From an uncultured Holophagales bacterium (GTDB lineage: Bacteria; Acidobacteriota; Thermoanaerobaculia; Multivoradales; UBA5704): DNA of 64,000 nt. The stretch covers positions 1,728,001 through 1,792,000 of the forward strand of contig CAWJGT010000009.1 in the NCBI GenBank assembly GCA_963842525.1, given 5' to 3'. The notes under the pieces are model-generated. The model ran no database searches. It had not been told where the DNA came from and saw only the letters and a program-made list of their open reading frames with translations. Positions within the stretch are counted from its first letter, which is position 1. Every line of letters begins with the position of its first letter. Positions 36,204 to 45,399 of the stretch are shown one piece after another. The translations under genes and the position numbers were made by a program.

Positions 36204-38636
36204 ATGGCCCTCCACATCATCGGCGTCCGCCACCACAGCCCGGCCTGCGCGCGCCTCGTGGCGCACGCGATCCGCACCCTGCGGCCCCGCCATGTCCTGA
36301 TCGAAGGCCCGGCCGACATGAACGGCCGGCTGGACGAGCTCCTCCTCGGCCACGAGCTGCCGGTCGCCCTGTTCACCTTCTACCAGAGCGAAGGGCGCAA
36401 CCACGCCTCCTGGACCCCGTTCTGCCGGCACTCGCCCGAATGGATCGCGCTGGACGCCGCCCGGGAGGTGGGAGCCCAGGCCTGGTTCATGGACCTGCCG
36501 GCCTGGTCCGAGGCCTTCGCCGGAATCCGCAACCGCTACGGCGACCACCCCCTGGACGTCCGCGCCGAGCAGTACATCCGCGCCCTCTGCCGGCGGTTCC
36601 AGGTCGACGACTTCGACACCCTCTGGGACCATCTCTTCGAGCAGCCGATGCCTCTTTCCGAGCTGGCGGCGCGGCTGGAGGAATTCTTCGAAGGCGAGCG
36701 GGGCGAGGGGGAGGCGGACGAGCGCGACAGTCCGCGGGAGGCCTTCATGGCGCGCTGCCTGAGCTGGGCCCTGGCCGACACGGAGCGGCACGGGGGCGAC
36801 GTGGTGGCTGTCTGCGGCGGCTTCCATGCGCCGGCATTGCGGAGCCCTCACCCCCGGCCCCTCTCCCACCCGCACTCCCATCCCCCGGGAGAGGGGAGCC
36901 CCCACCCAGGAGTATCCGAGGAGGTGCATTTTCCCCCCTCTCCCGGGGGGCTGGGAGGGCGGGTGGGAGAGGGGGGCCAGGGGGGTGAGGTTTTCCCTGC
37001 CCCGCCCGCCCCCGAAGTAGCCGCCCGGCACGGCACCTACCTCGTGCCCTACTCGTTCCAGCGCCTCGACAGCTTCGCCGGCTACGAGTCGGGCATGCCG
37101 TCTCCCGCCTTCTACGACGCGGTCTGGGAGCGGGGACCCGAGGACGGGGCTGCGCTGCTGCTGCGGCGCTCCGTGGAGCGGCTGCGGGCGAAGCGCCAGC
37201 CTGTCTCGGCGGCCGACCTGATCGCCTGCTCGACCCTGGCTGCCGGCCTTGCCCGGATGCGCGGCCACGGCTCGCCGGCCCGCACCGACCTGCTGGACGG
37301 TGTGGCCGGCGCGCTCGTCAAGGACAGCCTGGAGGCGCCGCTGCCTTGGAGCTACCGGGGGACGCTCCGGCCGCGGACCGACCCGCTCCTGGTCGAGGTC
37401 ATGGCCGCCTTTTCGGGCGAGAAGGCCGGCCGGCTGGCCCTCGCGACCCCGCGCCCGCCGCTGGTGGACGACGCCGTGCGCCAGCTCGCCGAGCACGGCC
37501 TGACCCCCGAGCGCGTGCCCCGCACCGTGGAGGTCGATCTCACGGACGAGGCCGGCCGCACACGCAGCCGCATCCTCCACCGGCTGCGCGTCCTCGGCAT
37601 CCCCGGCTTCACCCGCCTCAGCGGGCCGGAGCCGGCGACCGGCGCCGAACTGAAGGAAACGTGGATGATCGAGGACGTTTTCGAGCGCGAGTCCGCCCTC
37701 ATCGAGGCCGGCGCCTGGGGGGCCACCCTGGAGTCGGCCGCGACGGCGCGCCTGGAGGAGGCACTGCTGGACGCCGGCGGACAACTCGCCGTGCTCGCCC
37801 GGTTGCTGACCGAGGCCGTCTTCGTGGGGATCGCCGGCCTCGGCCTGCGCGTCCTGGAACAGGTAGCCAAGGCGGTCCACCAGGAGCCCTCCTTTGCCAT
37901 CCTGGGCCAAGCGGCCGGCCTCCTCCTGGCCCTCTGGCGTCATGACGTCCTCCTGGGAGCCCGTGGCGCCCGACAGCTCGGCCTGATCCTCGAAGCGTCC
38001 TTTGACCGCGGCCTCTGGCTGGTCGAAGGCCTCCAGGGACCCACCGCGCCGGCCGACCCGGAGGAGCTGAAGGGTGTGGCCGCCCTGCGCGACCTGGTCC
38101 GGTTCGGCGCCGGCCGGCTGGCCGTGGACGGTGGCCGGGCCGCGGCGGTGATGGAGCGCCGTGCGGCCGACTCCGAAGCGCCTCCTGCGCTACGCGGTGC
38201 GGCCATCGGCTTCCTCTGGAGCCTCGGGCTCTTCGCCGACGAGGCCGAGGCGCAGGCCCAGGCCGAGCGGGCCGTCCGCAGCGCAGCGCGGCCGGAATCG
38301 TTCGGCGACTTCCTGGCCGGGCTCTTCGTCCTGGCGCGGGAAGAGGTTCTGCACGCCGAGAGGCTCCTGGCGGCTGTGGACGCCGCCCTGTGCGGCTTCG
38401 GACAGGAGGGCTTCCTGATCGCTCTGCCCGCCCTGCGCCTGGCCTTCTCCTTCTTCCCACCCCTGGAGCGCGAAGCGATCGCCCAACTCGTCCTGACCCT
38501 CCATGGCAGCGATCCCGCCCGGGCCGCCGGGATGCTGAAGCTCGACATACCCGCCGAGGAGGTCGCACGTGGCCTGGCCCTGGAATCCGAGGTCGCGCGC
38601 ATTGCGGCGCGGTATGGGTTGGAGGAGGAGGCGTGA
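36204..38636 (+). CDS. yehM: DUF5682 protein (YehM-like)
   Basis: GVRHHSPACA, VLIEGP, WDHLFE, VCGGFH, LVPYSFQRL..GY.SGM.SP. Confidence 0.85.
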   Translation: MALHIIGVRHHSPACARLVAHAIRTLRPRHVLIEGPADMNGRLDELLLGHELPVALFTFYQSEGRNHASWTPFCRHSPEWIALDAAREVGAQAWFMDLPAWSEAFAGIRNRYGDHPLDVRAEQYIRALCRRFQVDDFDTLWDHLFEQPMPLSELAARLEEFFEGERGEGEADERDSPREAFMARCLSWALADTERHGGDVVAVCGGFHAPALRSPHPRPLSHPHSHPPGEGSPHPGVSEEVHFPPSPGGLGGRVGEGGQGGEVFPAPPAPEVAARHGTYLVPYSFQRLDSFAGYESGMPSPAFYDAVWERGPEDGAALLLRRSVERLRAKRQPVSAADLIACSTLAAGLARMRGHGSPARTDLLDGVAGALVKDSLEAPLPWSYRGTLRPRTDPLLVEVMAAFSGEKAGRLALATPRPPLVDDAVRQLAEHGLTPERVPRTVEVDLTDEAGRTRSRILHRLRVLGIPGFTRLSGPEPATGAELKETWMIEDVFERESALIEAGAWGATLESAATARLEEALLDAGGQLAVLARLLTEAVFVGIAGLGLRVLEQVAKAVHQEPSFAILGQAAGLLLALWRHDVLLGARGARQLGLILEASFDRGLWLVEGLQGPTAPADPEELKGVAALRDLVRFGAGRLAVDGGRAAAVMERRAADSEAPPALRGAAIGFLWSLGLFADEAEAQAQAERAVRSAARPESFGDFLAGLFVLAREEVLHAERLLAAVDAALCGFGQEGFLIALPALRLAFSFFPPLEREAIAQLVLTLHGSDPARAAGMLKLDIPAEEVARGLALESEVARIAARYGLEEEA
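36846..36990. repeat. REP doublet inserted in frame in the YehM-like gene
   Basis: cctcacccccggcccctctccc...gggagaggggggccaggggggtgagg. Confidence 0.8.
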
Positions 38637-38640
38637 GGGA

Positions 38641-39165
38641 CCTCACCCCCTGTCCCCCTCTCCCATCGCCCCCCCACCGGCCGGGAGAGGGGGGACGTGG
38701 TTGGTGCTCTGAGAGAATAGCTGGCAGTTGCTTCTCCGCGCGGGCTCGCGCTTGCCCACAACCCAAGCCTTCCAGGCCGGCCCAACGGGCCGGGAGACTC
38801 CAGCCCAGGGCTGAGGCCGAAGGCCGATGCCCTGGGTCACAGGGCCCACGTTCAGGCGGCCTGAAAGGCCGCGAGACCTCTGGGCTGAGCCGACTCCGGC
38901 AGCCACTCTCGCGGGCCTTTCAGGCCGCTGGGTTTGATCACCTCTCTGCCCAGGGCATCGGCCTTCGGCCTCAGCCCTGGGCTCCGTTCTCCCGGCCCGT
39001 TGGGCCGGTGGAGAAGAAATTTGCGCGCCGCACGAGGATTCCCGGATGTAGTAGCTCAGAGGCTCTCCGTTTAGAGAGATCCTCGACCTCGCCTCAGAGC
39101 ACCAACCACGTCCCCCCTCTCCCGGTGGAAGGGGGGGCGATGGGAGAGGGGGACAGGGGGTGAGG
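38641..39165. repeat. Nested palindromic element: outer REP doublet enclosing a second inverted-repeat element (38777-39008)
   Basis: About 70-bp outer IR (38641-38713 and 39092-39165); inner IR ccggcccaacggg...cccagggctgaggccgaaggccgatgccctggg. Confidence 0.8.
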
Positions 39166-40287
39166 TCTATTCCACCCCCCCTCGAGCGCTGGCGCCTCGT
39201 CCTCGGCGCACCCGCCGATCCGGCGCTCGGCTGCCCGGCCGGCGACCTCCAGGCCATGGACTCCGCTCTCGGCTGGCTCTACGGCCGGGAGAAGGGCCTC
39301 GCGGCGCGCGACGTCGACGAACGGTCCGGCGGGCGCGAGCCTTCGGCCCTCTCCGTGCCGGAGTGGATCGACGAGGTCCACCGCCTCTTCCCCAAGGAGA
39401 CCATCGAACGCCTGGAGCGCGACGCCATCGAGCGCTATGGCATCGACGAGGTGGTCACCAACCTGGAGGTCCTCGAAAGGGTCGTGCCCAACGAGACCCT
39501 GCTCGCCGCTGTCCTGCGCACCAAGCACCTGATGAACCCGGACGTCCTCGCCCAGGCGCGCCGGCTGGTGGCCGAGGTCGTGCGCCGGCTCCTGGAGGCG
39601 CTGGCGCGCGAGGTGCGCCAGGCCTTCGCGGGCGCCATCGACCGCCGACGCCGCTCGGCCCAGCGCTCGGCACGGAACTTCGACGTCCGGCGCACCCTGC
39701 GGGCCAACCTCCAGCACTGGTCCCCCGAGGAGCGCAAGCTCTACCTGGAGAAGATCTGGTTCTTTGCCCGCATCCGCCGCTTCACCGAGCCCTGGCAGAT
39801 CGTCCTGCTGGTGGACCAGAGCGGCAGCATGGCCATGTCGGTGATCCATTCCGCGGTGACCGCGGCCTGCCTCTGGGGCCTGCCGGGCATGAAGACCCAC
39901 CTCGTGGCCTTCGACACGTCCGTGGTGGACCTCACCCACGACGTGAGCGACCCCGTGGAGCTGCTGATGAAGGTCCAGCTCGGCGGCGGCACCGACATCG
40001 GCCAGGCGGTCGCCTATGCCGAAGGCCTCCTCGAAACGCCGCGGCGCTCGATCGTCGTGCTGATCACCGACTTCTACGAAGGGGGTCATCCCGACCTGCT
40101 GATCCGGCGGGTCAAGGCTCTCTGCGAGCAGGGCACGAAGGTGCTCGGCCTGGCCGCGCTCGACCCGGACGCGAACCCGGTCTACGACCGCGACTTGGCG
40201 GAGCAGCTCGTCCAGGTGGGCGCACAGGTGGGCGCCATGACCCCGGGCGAGCTCGCCGGCTGGATCGCGGAAAAGGTGCGGGCATGA
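39160..40287 (+). CDS. yehP: VWA-domain (CoxE-like) protein (YehP-like)
   Basis: ERWRLVLG, VDQSGSM MIDAS motif, GGGTDI, ITDFYEG. Confidence 0.9.
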   Translation: MRSIPPPLERWRLVLGAPADPALGCPAGDLQAMDSALGWLYGREKGLAARDVDERSGGREPSALSVPEWIDEVHRLFPKETIERLERDAIERYGIDEVVTNLEVLERVVPNETLLAAVLRTKHLMNPDVLAQARRLVAEVVRRLLEALAREVRQAFAGAIDRRRRSAQRSARNFDVRRTLRANLQHWSPEERKLYLEKIWFFARIRRFTEPWQIVLLVDQSGSMAMSVIHSAVTAACLWGLPGMKTHLVAFDTSVVDLTHDVSDPVELLMKVQLGGGTDIGQAVAYAEGLLETPRRSIVVLITDFYEGGHPDLLIRRVKALCEQGTKVLGLAALDPDANPVYDRDLAEQLVQVGAQVGAMTPGELAGWIAEKVRA

Positions 40288-42320
40288 CTCCTGGCCGTAC
40301 CGACCTGCTCGCCCTCACGCCCGAGAGCCTGGCCGCCCTGGCCAACGTCGGCCTCGTCAAGCGCGCCCAGAAGGAGCTGGAGCAGGGGAGGGGGCCGCAA
40401 CTCTCCGAAGCGCCCAACGGCACCGTCGTCGGGACCTTTGCGGACGGCGTCGATCGCCCGCCTGCCGCCGGGGGTCCCTCTGCGCGAGGCCCCCTGCACG
40501 TGCGGCGCCGTCACCGTCTGCCGCCACCGGATCGCGGTCGCCCTGGCCTACCGGGCACAGCACGGCGGAGAGCCGCCGCCGGCCGAGGAGAACGCCGCGC
40601 CTCCCTGGTCTCCCGGAGAGATCGACGACGCCACGCTCCTCGCCCGGCTCGGCCGGCGGACGCTCGAACGGTCGCGGTCGCTGCGGCGGTCCGGCTGCAT
40701 TGTCGAGGTCCGCCGTCCGGGATTGCTCGACCCGGTCGCCACCGCGGTCCTCCCGACCTGCACGGTGCGTTTCCTGGTCCCCCGCGACCTCGCCTACGCC
40801 CGCTGCGACTGCCAGGCGCAGCAGGACTGCGAGCACGTGGCCGTTGCGGTCTGGGCCTTCCGCGCCGCCGATGCGCGGGACCGCGAGGCGCAGCAGCTCC
40901 TCGTGCAGGTCGCCGACGAAGCCAGGGGTCGATCCGTCCGAAGGCGACCCCGGCCGACCCCGCGCTGGAAGCGTTGGACAGCGCCATCCGCCTGGGCGAG
41001 GAGATTCTCCTGGAAGGGGTCGTCCATGCCCGCGACTCGCTGGCCCAGACCTTCGCCCTCGGCCGTCAGGGGCTGCTCCGCGCCGGCCTGACCTGGCCGC
41101 TGACCTTATTGGAAGACCTGGAGGAGGCCCTGGCCGCCTACCGCGCCCGCAGCGCCCGCTATCGCGCCGGCCGGGTGACCGAGCTGCTCGCGGAGCTGAC
41201 CGCCCGCAGAAGAGCCGTCCGCGGGACCGGCGAGCTGCCCGTCCCCTTCGTGCTGGGACAGGGAGAGGCGCTGGAGACCCGGCTCGACCACCTGCGGCTC
41301 GTGTCCCTGGGCGCCCGCATCGAGGCCGACGGCCGGGACCGGGAAGCCGAGGTCGTCCTGGCGGACCCGGACACCGCGATGGTCCTCGTGCTGCGCAAGC
41401 GTTGGACCTTTCCGGAGACGGAAGAGCCGCCGGACGCGACCGGCCTTGCCGCGCGCCGCGTGGCCTCCGGAGCCGCCCTGGGAGCCCTCGCCCAGGGCCA
41501 GATGGTCACCCGAGCCGCCCGGCGCCGCGCCAACCGCAGCCTTGTGTTTGGAGATGCGCGTGGCGGAGCCACCTCGGTCACCCCGCAGACCGGCGCCTGG
41601 GACGTGCTGCCCGCGCCGCTCCGCGTGACCCGCATCGCCGACCTCGCCGCGGCCTGGAAGACGCGTCCGCCGCGGCTGCTCCGTCCCCGCGTGCTCGCCG
41701 AAAACGTCCACGTCTTCGCCATCGAAAGCATAGCCGCCCTCGCCTACGCCCCCGGCGAGCAGACGCTGCTCGCAACCCTCCTCGACGCCGACGGTGAGCC
41801 GCTCCGCCTCGCCCGCCCCTACCGCTCCGTAGCACCGCACGCCCTGGACCATCTGGCCGCGGCCCTCATCGGCGCCTGGGGCTCCGTCCGCTTCATCAGC
41901 GGCGAGGTTCGCCGCCACCTCGGCGGCTTCGTCATCGATCCCCTGGCCGTGGTCTGCGACCGTCTCGTGGTCCCGGACCTGGAGAAGGGGACTGCCGAAC
42001 GGCCGCGCCTGCCGCTCGCCGGACCAAGCGCCGACCTGCCAGTCGAAGCCGCCGCAGCCGAAGCGTCAGGGCTTATCGAAGAGGGCGTCCACCAAGGCCT
42101 GCGCCGCGCCGCCCCCAGCTATCCCGACCGCCTCCGAGCCGGCGCCGCAAAGCTGGAAAAGGCCGGCCTGGCCACCGCCGCCACCCGCCTCCGCCGCCTC
42201 GAAGAAAGCCTCCGTCGCGCAAGGGCCGCGACCGAGGAGCAGGAAGAGAAGTGGAGGCAGGTGTCGACCGCCTGGAGCGACGCCGCCCTCCACCTCGATC
42301 TCGTGCGGGAGGTGGGGTAG
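40284..42320 (+). CDS. yehQ: SWIM zinc-finger protein (YehQ-like); frameshifts near 40452 and 40935
   Basis: LAALANVGLVKRA; two SWIM motifs CTCGAVTVCRH and CDC...CEH. Confidence 0.82.
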   Translation: MTPGRTDLLALTPESLAALANVGLVKRAQKELEQGRGPQLSEAPNGTVVGTFADGVDRPPAAGGPSARGPLHVRRRHRLPPPDRGRPGLPGTARRRAAAGRGERRASLVSRRDRRRHAPRPARPADARTVAVAAAVRLHCRGPPSGIARPGRHRGPPDLHGAFPGPPRPRLRPLRLPGAAGLRARGRCGLGLPRRRCAGPRGAAAPRAGRRRSQGSIRPKATPADPALEALDSAIRLGEEILLEGVVHARDSLAQTFALGRQGLLRAGLTWPLTLLEDLEEALAAYRARSARYRAGRVTELLAELTARRRAVRGTGELPVPFVLGQGEALETRLDHLRLVSLGARIEADGRDREAEVVLADPDTAMVLVLRKRWTFPETEEPPDATGLAARRVASGAALGALAQGQMVTRAARRRANRSLVFGDARGGATSVTPQTGAWDVLPAPLRVTRIADLAAAWKTRPPRLLRPRVLAENVHVFAIESIAALAYAPGEQTLLATLLDADGEPLRLARPYRSVAPHALDHLAAALIGAWGSVRFISGEVRRHLGGFVIDPLAVVCDRLVVPDLEKGTAERPRLPLAGPSADLPVEAAAAEASGLIEEGVHQGLRRAAPSYPDRLRAGAAKLEKAGLATAATRLRRLEESLRRARAATEEQEEKWRQVSTAWSDAALHLDLVREVG

Positions 42321-42422
42321 AGATGGGATGAGAAGGCCACCCTCCCGGTGCGCAGTGCCTTAAAATGGCCCTGCAAACTGGGAATATTTAAGCGCTGGAA
42401 AGCGCAAGAAAGGAGGGTGGCC

Positions 42423-43481
42423 ATGAAGAATGCTATCAGAGTGGAGGTGGAGGCGGTGGTGGGCGTAGACCTTGGGGACCGTTCGAGTCAGATCTGTCGT
42501 CTGGATCGAGAAACGGGAGCGATCTTGGAAGAGAAGCGTCTGTCGACGACCTCGGCGAGCTTTCAGCGCTACTTTGAAGGGGCAAGCCCGTGTTTGGTCA
42601 TCCTGGAGAGCGGGACGCACACACCCTGGGTGCGGCGGTTGTTGGAATCTTTGGGCCACCAGGTGATCACCGCCAATCCCAGCAAGGTTCGGGCGATCGC
42701 ATCGAGCCTGCGCAAAAGCGACGAGCGGGATGCCCGGTGCCTGGCGCAGTTGGGCCGAGTGGACCCAGAGTTGCTCAGTCCGGTGCACGCGCGAAGCCCG
42801 GAGTCGCAGCAAGCCTTGGCAGTGGTGCGCGCCCGGGAGGGTCTGGTCAAGGTCCGGACGATGCTGGTCAACCAGGTCCGCGGGATGGTGAAGTCGTTCG
42901 GCTTTCGCCTGCCGGGGTGCTCGGCGAAGAGCTTCGCCCGAAGTGCGTCGCAGGCCTTGCCGCAGACGCTGAAGGCTTCTCTGGAGCCGCTGTTGGCGGT
43001 GATCGCTGATCTGAGTGAGCGGATCGGGGGCTTTGATCGAGACATTGAGGCGTGGGCGCAGCGTTTTGCCGTGACGCAGCGGTTGCGCCAGATCAAGGGA
43101 GTGGGAGCGCTGACGTCTCTGGTCTTCGTGTTGACGCTGGACGATCCGCATCGTTTTGCTCGCTCGCGTTCGGTGGGGGCCTACCTGGGATTGGTGCCAG
43201 CAAGTCGAAGCTCGGGCAGCTCGACGCCGCAGTTGCCGATCACCAAGCAGGGCGACCGGCTGTTGCGCTGGCTGCTGGTGCAGGCCGCGCACTACATCCT
43301 CGGTCCTTTCGGCCAGGACAGCGATCTACGCAGGTTCGGACTGGAACTGGCGCGGCGTGGAGGCAAAAACGGCAAGAAGCGAGCGGTGGTGGCCGTGGCC
43401 CGGAAACTGGCGGTGCTGCTGCACCGGCTCTGGATCAGCGGCGAGGATTACGAGCTGTGCCGCCAGCCGGTAGCAGCGTAA
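42423..43481 (+). CDS. IS110-family DEDD recombinase/transposase
   Basis: VGVDLG, ILESG, KSDERDA; C-terminal IKGVG, YLGLVP..RSSG, AVARKL. Confidence 0.95.
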   Translation: MKNAIRVEVEAVVGVDLGDRSSQICRLDRETGAILEEKRLSTTSASFQRYFEGASPCLVILESGTHTPWVRRLLESLGHQVITANPSKVRAIASSLRKSDERDARCLAQLGRVDPELLSPVHARSPESQQALAVVRAREGLVKVRTMLVNQVRGMVKSFGFRLPGCSAKSFARSASQALPQTLKASLEPLLAVIADLSERIGGFDRDIEAWAQRFAVTQRLRQIKGVGALTSLVFVLTLDDPHRFARSRSVGAYLGLVPASRSSGSSTPQLPITKQGDRLLRWLLVQAAHYILGPFGQDSDLRRFGLELARRGGKNGKKRAVVAVARKLAVLLHRLWISGEDYELCRQPVAA

Positions 43482-43549
43482 AAAAGCTCAGGTAGGGGGA
43501 AATCTCAGGTAGGAGAAACCACGGTCGATAGGAGCTCGCGTCGAACCCC

Positions 43550-43700
43550 CGCTGCCGGCGACTGCGCTGGGCGTCTTCAGCCTACGAGGCCGCTGTAGAG
43601 ATAGCAGCGCCGCTGCGGTGGAACCCCATCATGCACCGAGTCCAAGCGACGGACTCCTCGAGAGTGCGGATAGAAGACTCGGGGACAGACGCAGCTCTGA
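43550..43700 (+). ncRNA. Predicted bridge (seek) RNA with target- and donor-binding loops
   Basis: Two stem/internal-loop units whose loop segments match the target and the IS-end junction (see findings); transcript ends are approximate. Confidence 0.75.
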
Positions 43701-43885
43701 AGCCAGATAGGGAAGGCCGCCAAGGGCGGCCTTGACATTCGGGGCCTTCTCATAGAAGACGCCCTACCCCGCGACCACTGCCCTTGTGGCCACCACATCC
43801 GCCAGGGCGTCTCCAAGGCCCCCGCCACCACCGATGCCCCGCCCACGCCATGGTAGGATTCGATCGAGTTGTGGAGGCTCCAGCA

Positions 43886-44227
43886 ATGCAAGCACACAGG
43901 ATGCGCGTCGTGGTTCCGGAAGATCATCGAGCGGTGATCGAGTTCCCGAAGACCATTCGCTCCGGCCCGGTGGAGCTCATCGTGCTCGTGCCACCGGAGA
44001 GCGAAATGGAACCGGACCGCAAGCCTGAAGGGCAGGGTCGTATGGCGGCTCTGGTCGATGACCTCGCCAAGGATCCGCGGCCGTTTCGCGAGCTCTCACC
44101 CGACGAACGCAGTGCTCGGCTCGAAAAAGTGATGGGCGTGGGCCGCGGACTGATGTCGACGAGCGAAGAATTCGCCAGACAGAAGCGCGAGGAAATCGAG
44201 CTCGAGGAACAGAAGTTTGCCCGCTGA
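43886..44227 (+). CDS. Putative antitoxin
   Basis: GGAGG RBS; small protein overlapping the PIN gene; acidic C-terminus STSEEFARQKREEIELE. Confidence 0.7.
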   Translation: MQAHRMRVVVPEDHRAVIEFPKTIRSGPVELIVLVPPESEMEPDRKPEGQGRMAALVDDLAKDPRPFRELSPDERSARLEKVMGVGRGLMSTSEEFARQKREEIELEEQKFAR

Positions 44228-44633
44228 CGGGCTGTACGTCTTCGATTCGTGTGCCGTCATCGCTTTTCTGCAGCGCGAGCCCGGCGCCGAGGTCGTAGCG
44301 GAAATCCTGAAAGATTCCAGGAACCGCTGTTTCATCCACGCCATCAATGCCTGCGAGGTCTACCACGACATCTACCGCCGTGGAGGTGAGGAGGACGCCT
44401 CAGCTCTCGAAGAGATCCTGGCAACTACCGGCATCGAACTGGTAGAAACGATTCCCTCCACCCTCTGGCGGACCGCTGGAAAGCTCAAAGCCGAATGGCG
44501 ACGGATATCGCTGGCCGACTGTCTCGCCATTGCCCTCGCCCTCTTGGAGAATGCCACCCTCCTGACCAGCGATCACCACGAGCTCGATCCGATCGCGCAA
44601 GCGGCGATCTGTCCGATCCGTTTCATCCGGTGA
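44217..44633 (+). CDS. vapC: PIN-domain (VapC-like) toxin
   Basis: VFDSCAVIA, NACEV, SLADC, LLTSD. Confidence 0.88.
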   Translation: MPADGLYVFDSCAVIAFLQREPGAEVVAEILKDSRNRCFIHAINACEVYHDIYRRGGEEDASALEEILATTGIELVETIPSTLWRTAGKLKAEWRRISLADCLAIALALLENATLLTSDHHELDPIAQAAICPIRFIR

Positions 44634-44634
44634 C

Positions 44635-44752
44635 GCGACGCCGCCCTCCTCCTCGATCTCGTGCGGGAGGTGGGGTAGAGACGCCCTAGTCCGCGACCAC
44701 AACCCTTGTGGCTACCACATCCGCCAGGGCGTCTCCAAGGCTCCGCCACCAC
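44635..44752. repeat. Direct repeat of 42277-42320 plus 43757-43831 (SWIM gene 3' end and GTAG REP)
   Basis: gcgacgccgccctc...gtggggtagagacgcccta...gggcgtctccaagg. Confidence 0.9.
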
Positions 44753-45072
44753 GAACGCCCGGGACTGGCCTCCACAGCCTGCGGGCACCCCCCCTGGGAG
44801 CGCCGGCGTCCCGCCGGCATCATCAAGACAGTTGGGCCGTAGGCCCGGCCTTCTTGGACTGCGGCGGGAGGCAAGGCGCGAACTCATCGCTGGGATTGCG
44901 GTGCCTATGGCCGGCCGCCGTGGTCGCGGGGGGCGCGGGCCGGCGAGACGCCAGCGCTCCCAGGAAAAAACTGTTCGTCCGGTTCCCAGGCGTTCGTGGT
45001 CGCGGAGGCCGGAGACGCCCTGACGGTGGTGGTCGCCGCGAGGATGGTGGGAACGGACTAGGGCGTCTCTAC
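44675..45072. repeat. Inverted pair of GTAG-type REPs enclosing a second REP doublet
   Basis: gtagagacgccctagtccg at 44675 and its reverse complement ending at 45072; inner ctgggagcgccggcgtcccgccggc / gccggcgagacgccagcgctcccag. Confidence 0.75.
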
Positions 45073-45399
45073 GAAGATTCGCTGGCCGTACCTGTTTCAA
45101 GCCGTTTTCCGGGGCTTCCTTTTTCTCTTCGTGTCCTTGGCCGCTGGGGCTGGTTGCACCCCGAATTCCCGATCCAGCAATTCCATCAAATCGGGCCGCT
45201 TGATACTCGTCCATGCCTCCCGTGCTGCCGCAACGTGTCCTTGGCGCTCCTCGGGAGTCGCGGCAACGCGGGCCAGCCTGAGGTGGCTCCCGCCGATCGA
45301 GTAGCGATTCTGAATGCGGCGGTAGAGGACGAGGGATTCCTCGAACGATCGTTGTGCATCCTCCGATCGCCCCTCCCGGACCGTGATGTCGCCGAGGCC

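Larger units (their letters stand above)
42321..43759 (+). mobile_element. IS110-family insertion sequence, IS1111-like
   Basis: Sub-terminal 11-bp IR atgagaaggcc (42328-42338) / ggccttctcat (43743-43753); GA core at both junctions; long 3' non-coding end; empty site seen at 44635-44752. Confidence 0.92.
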
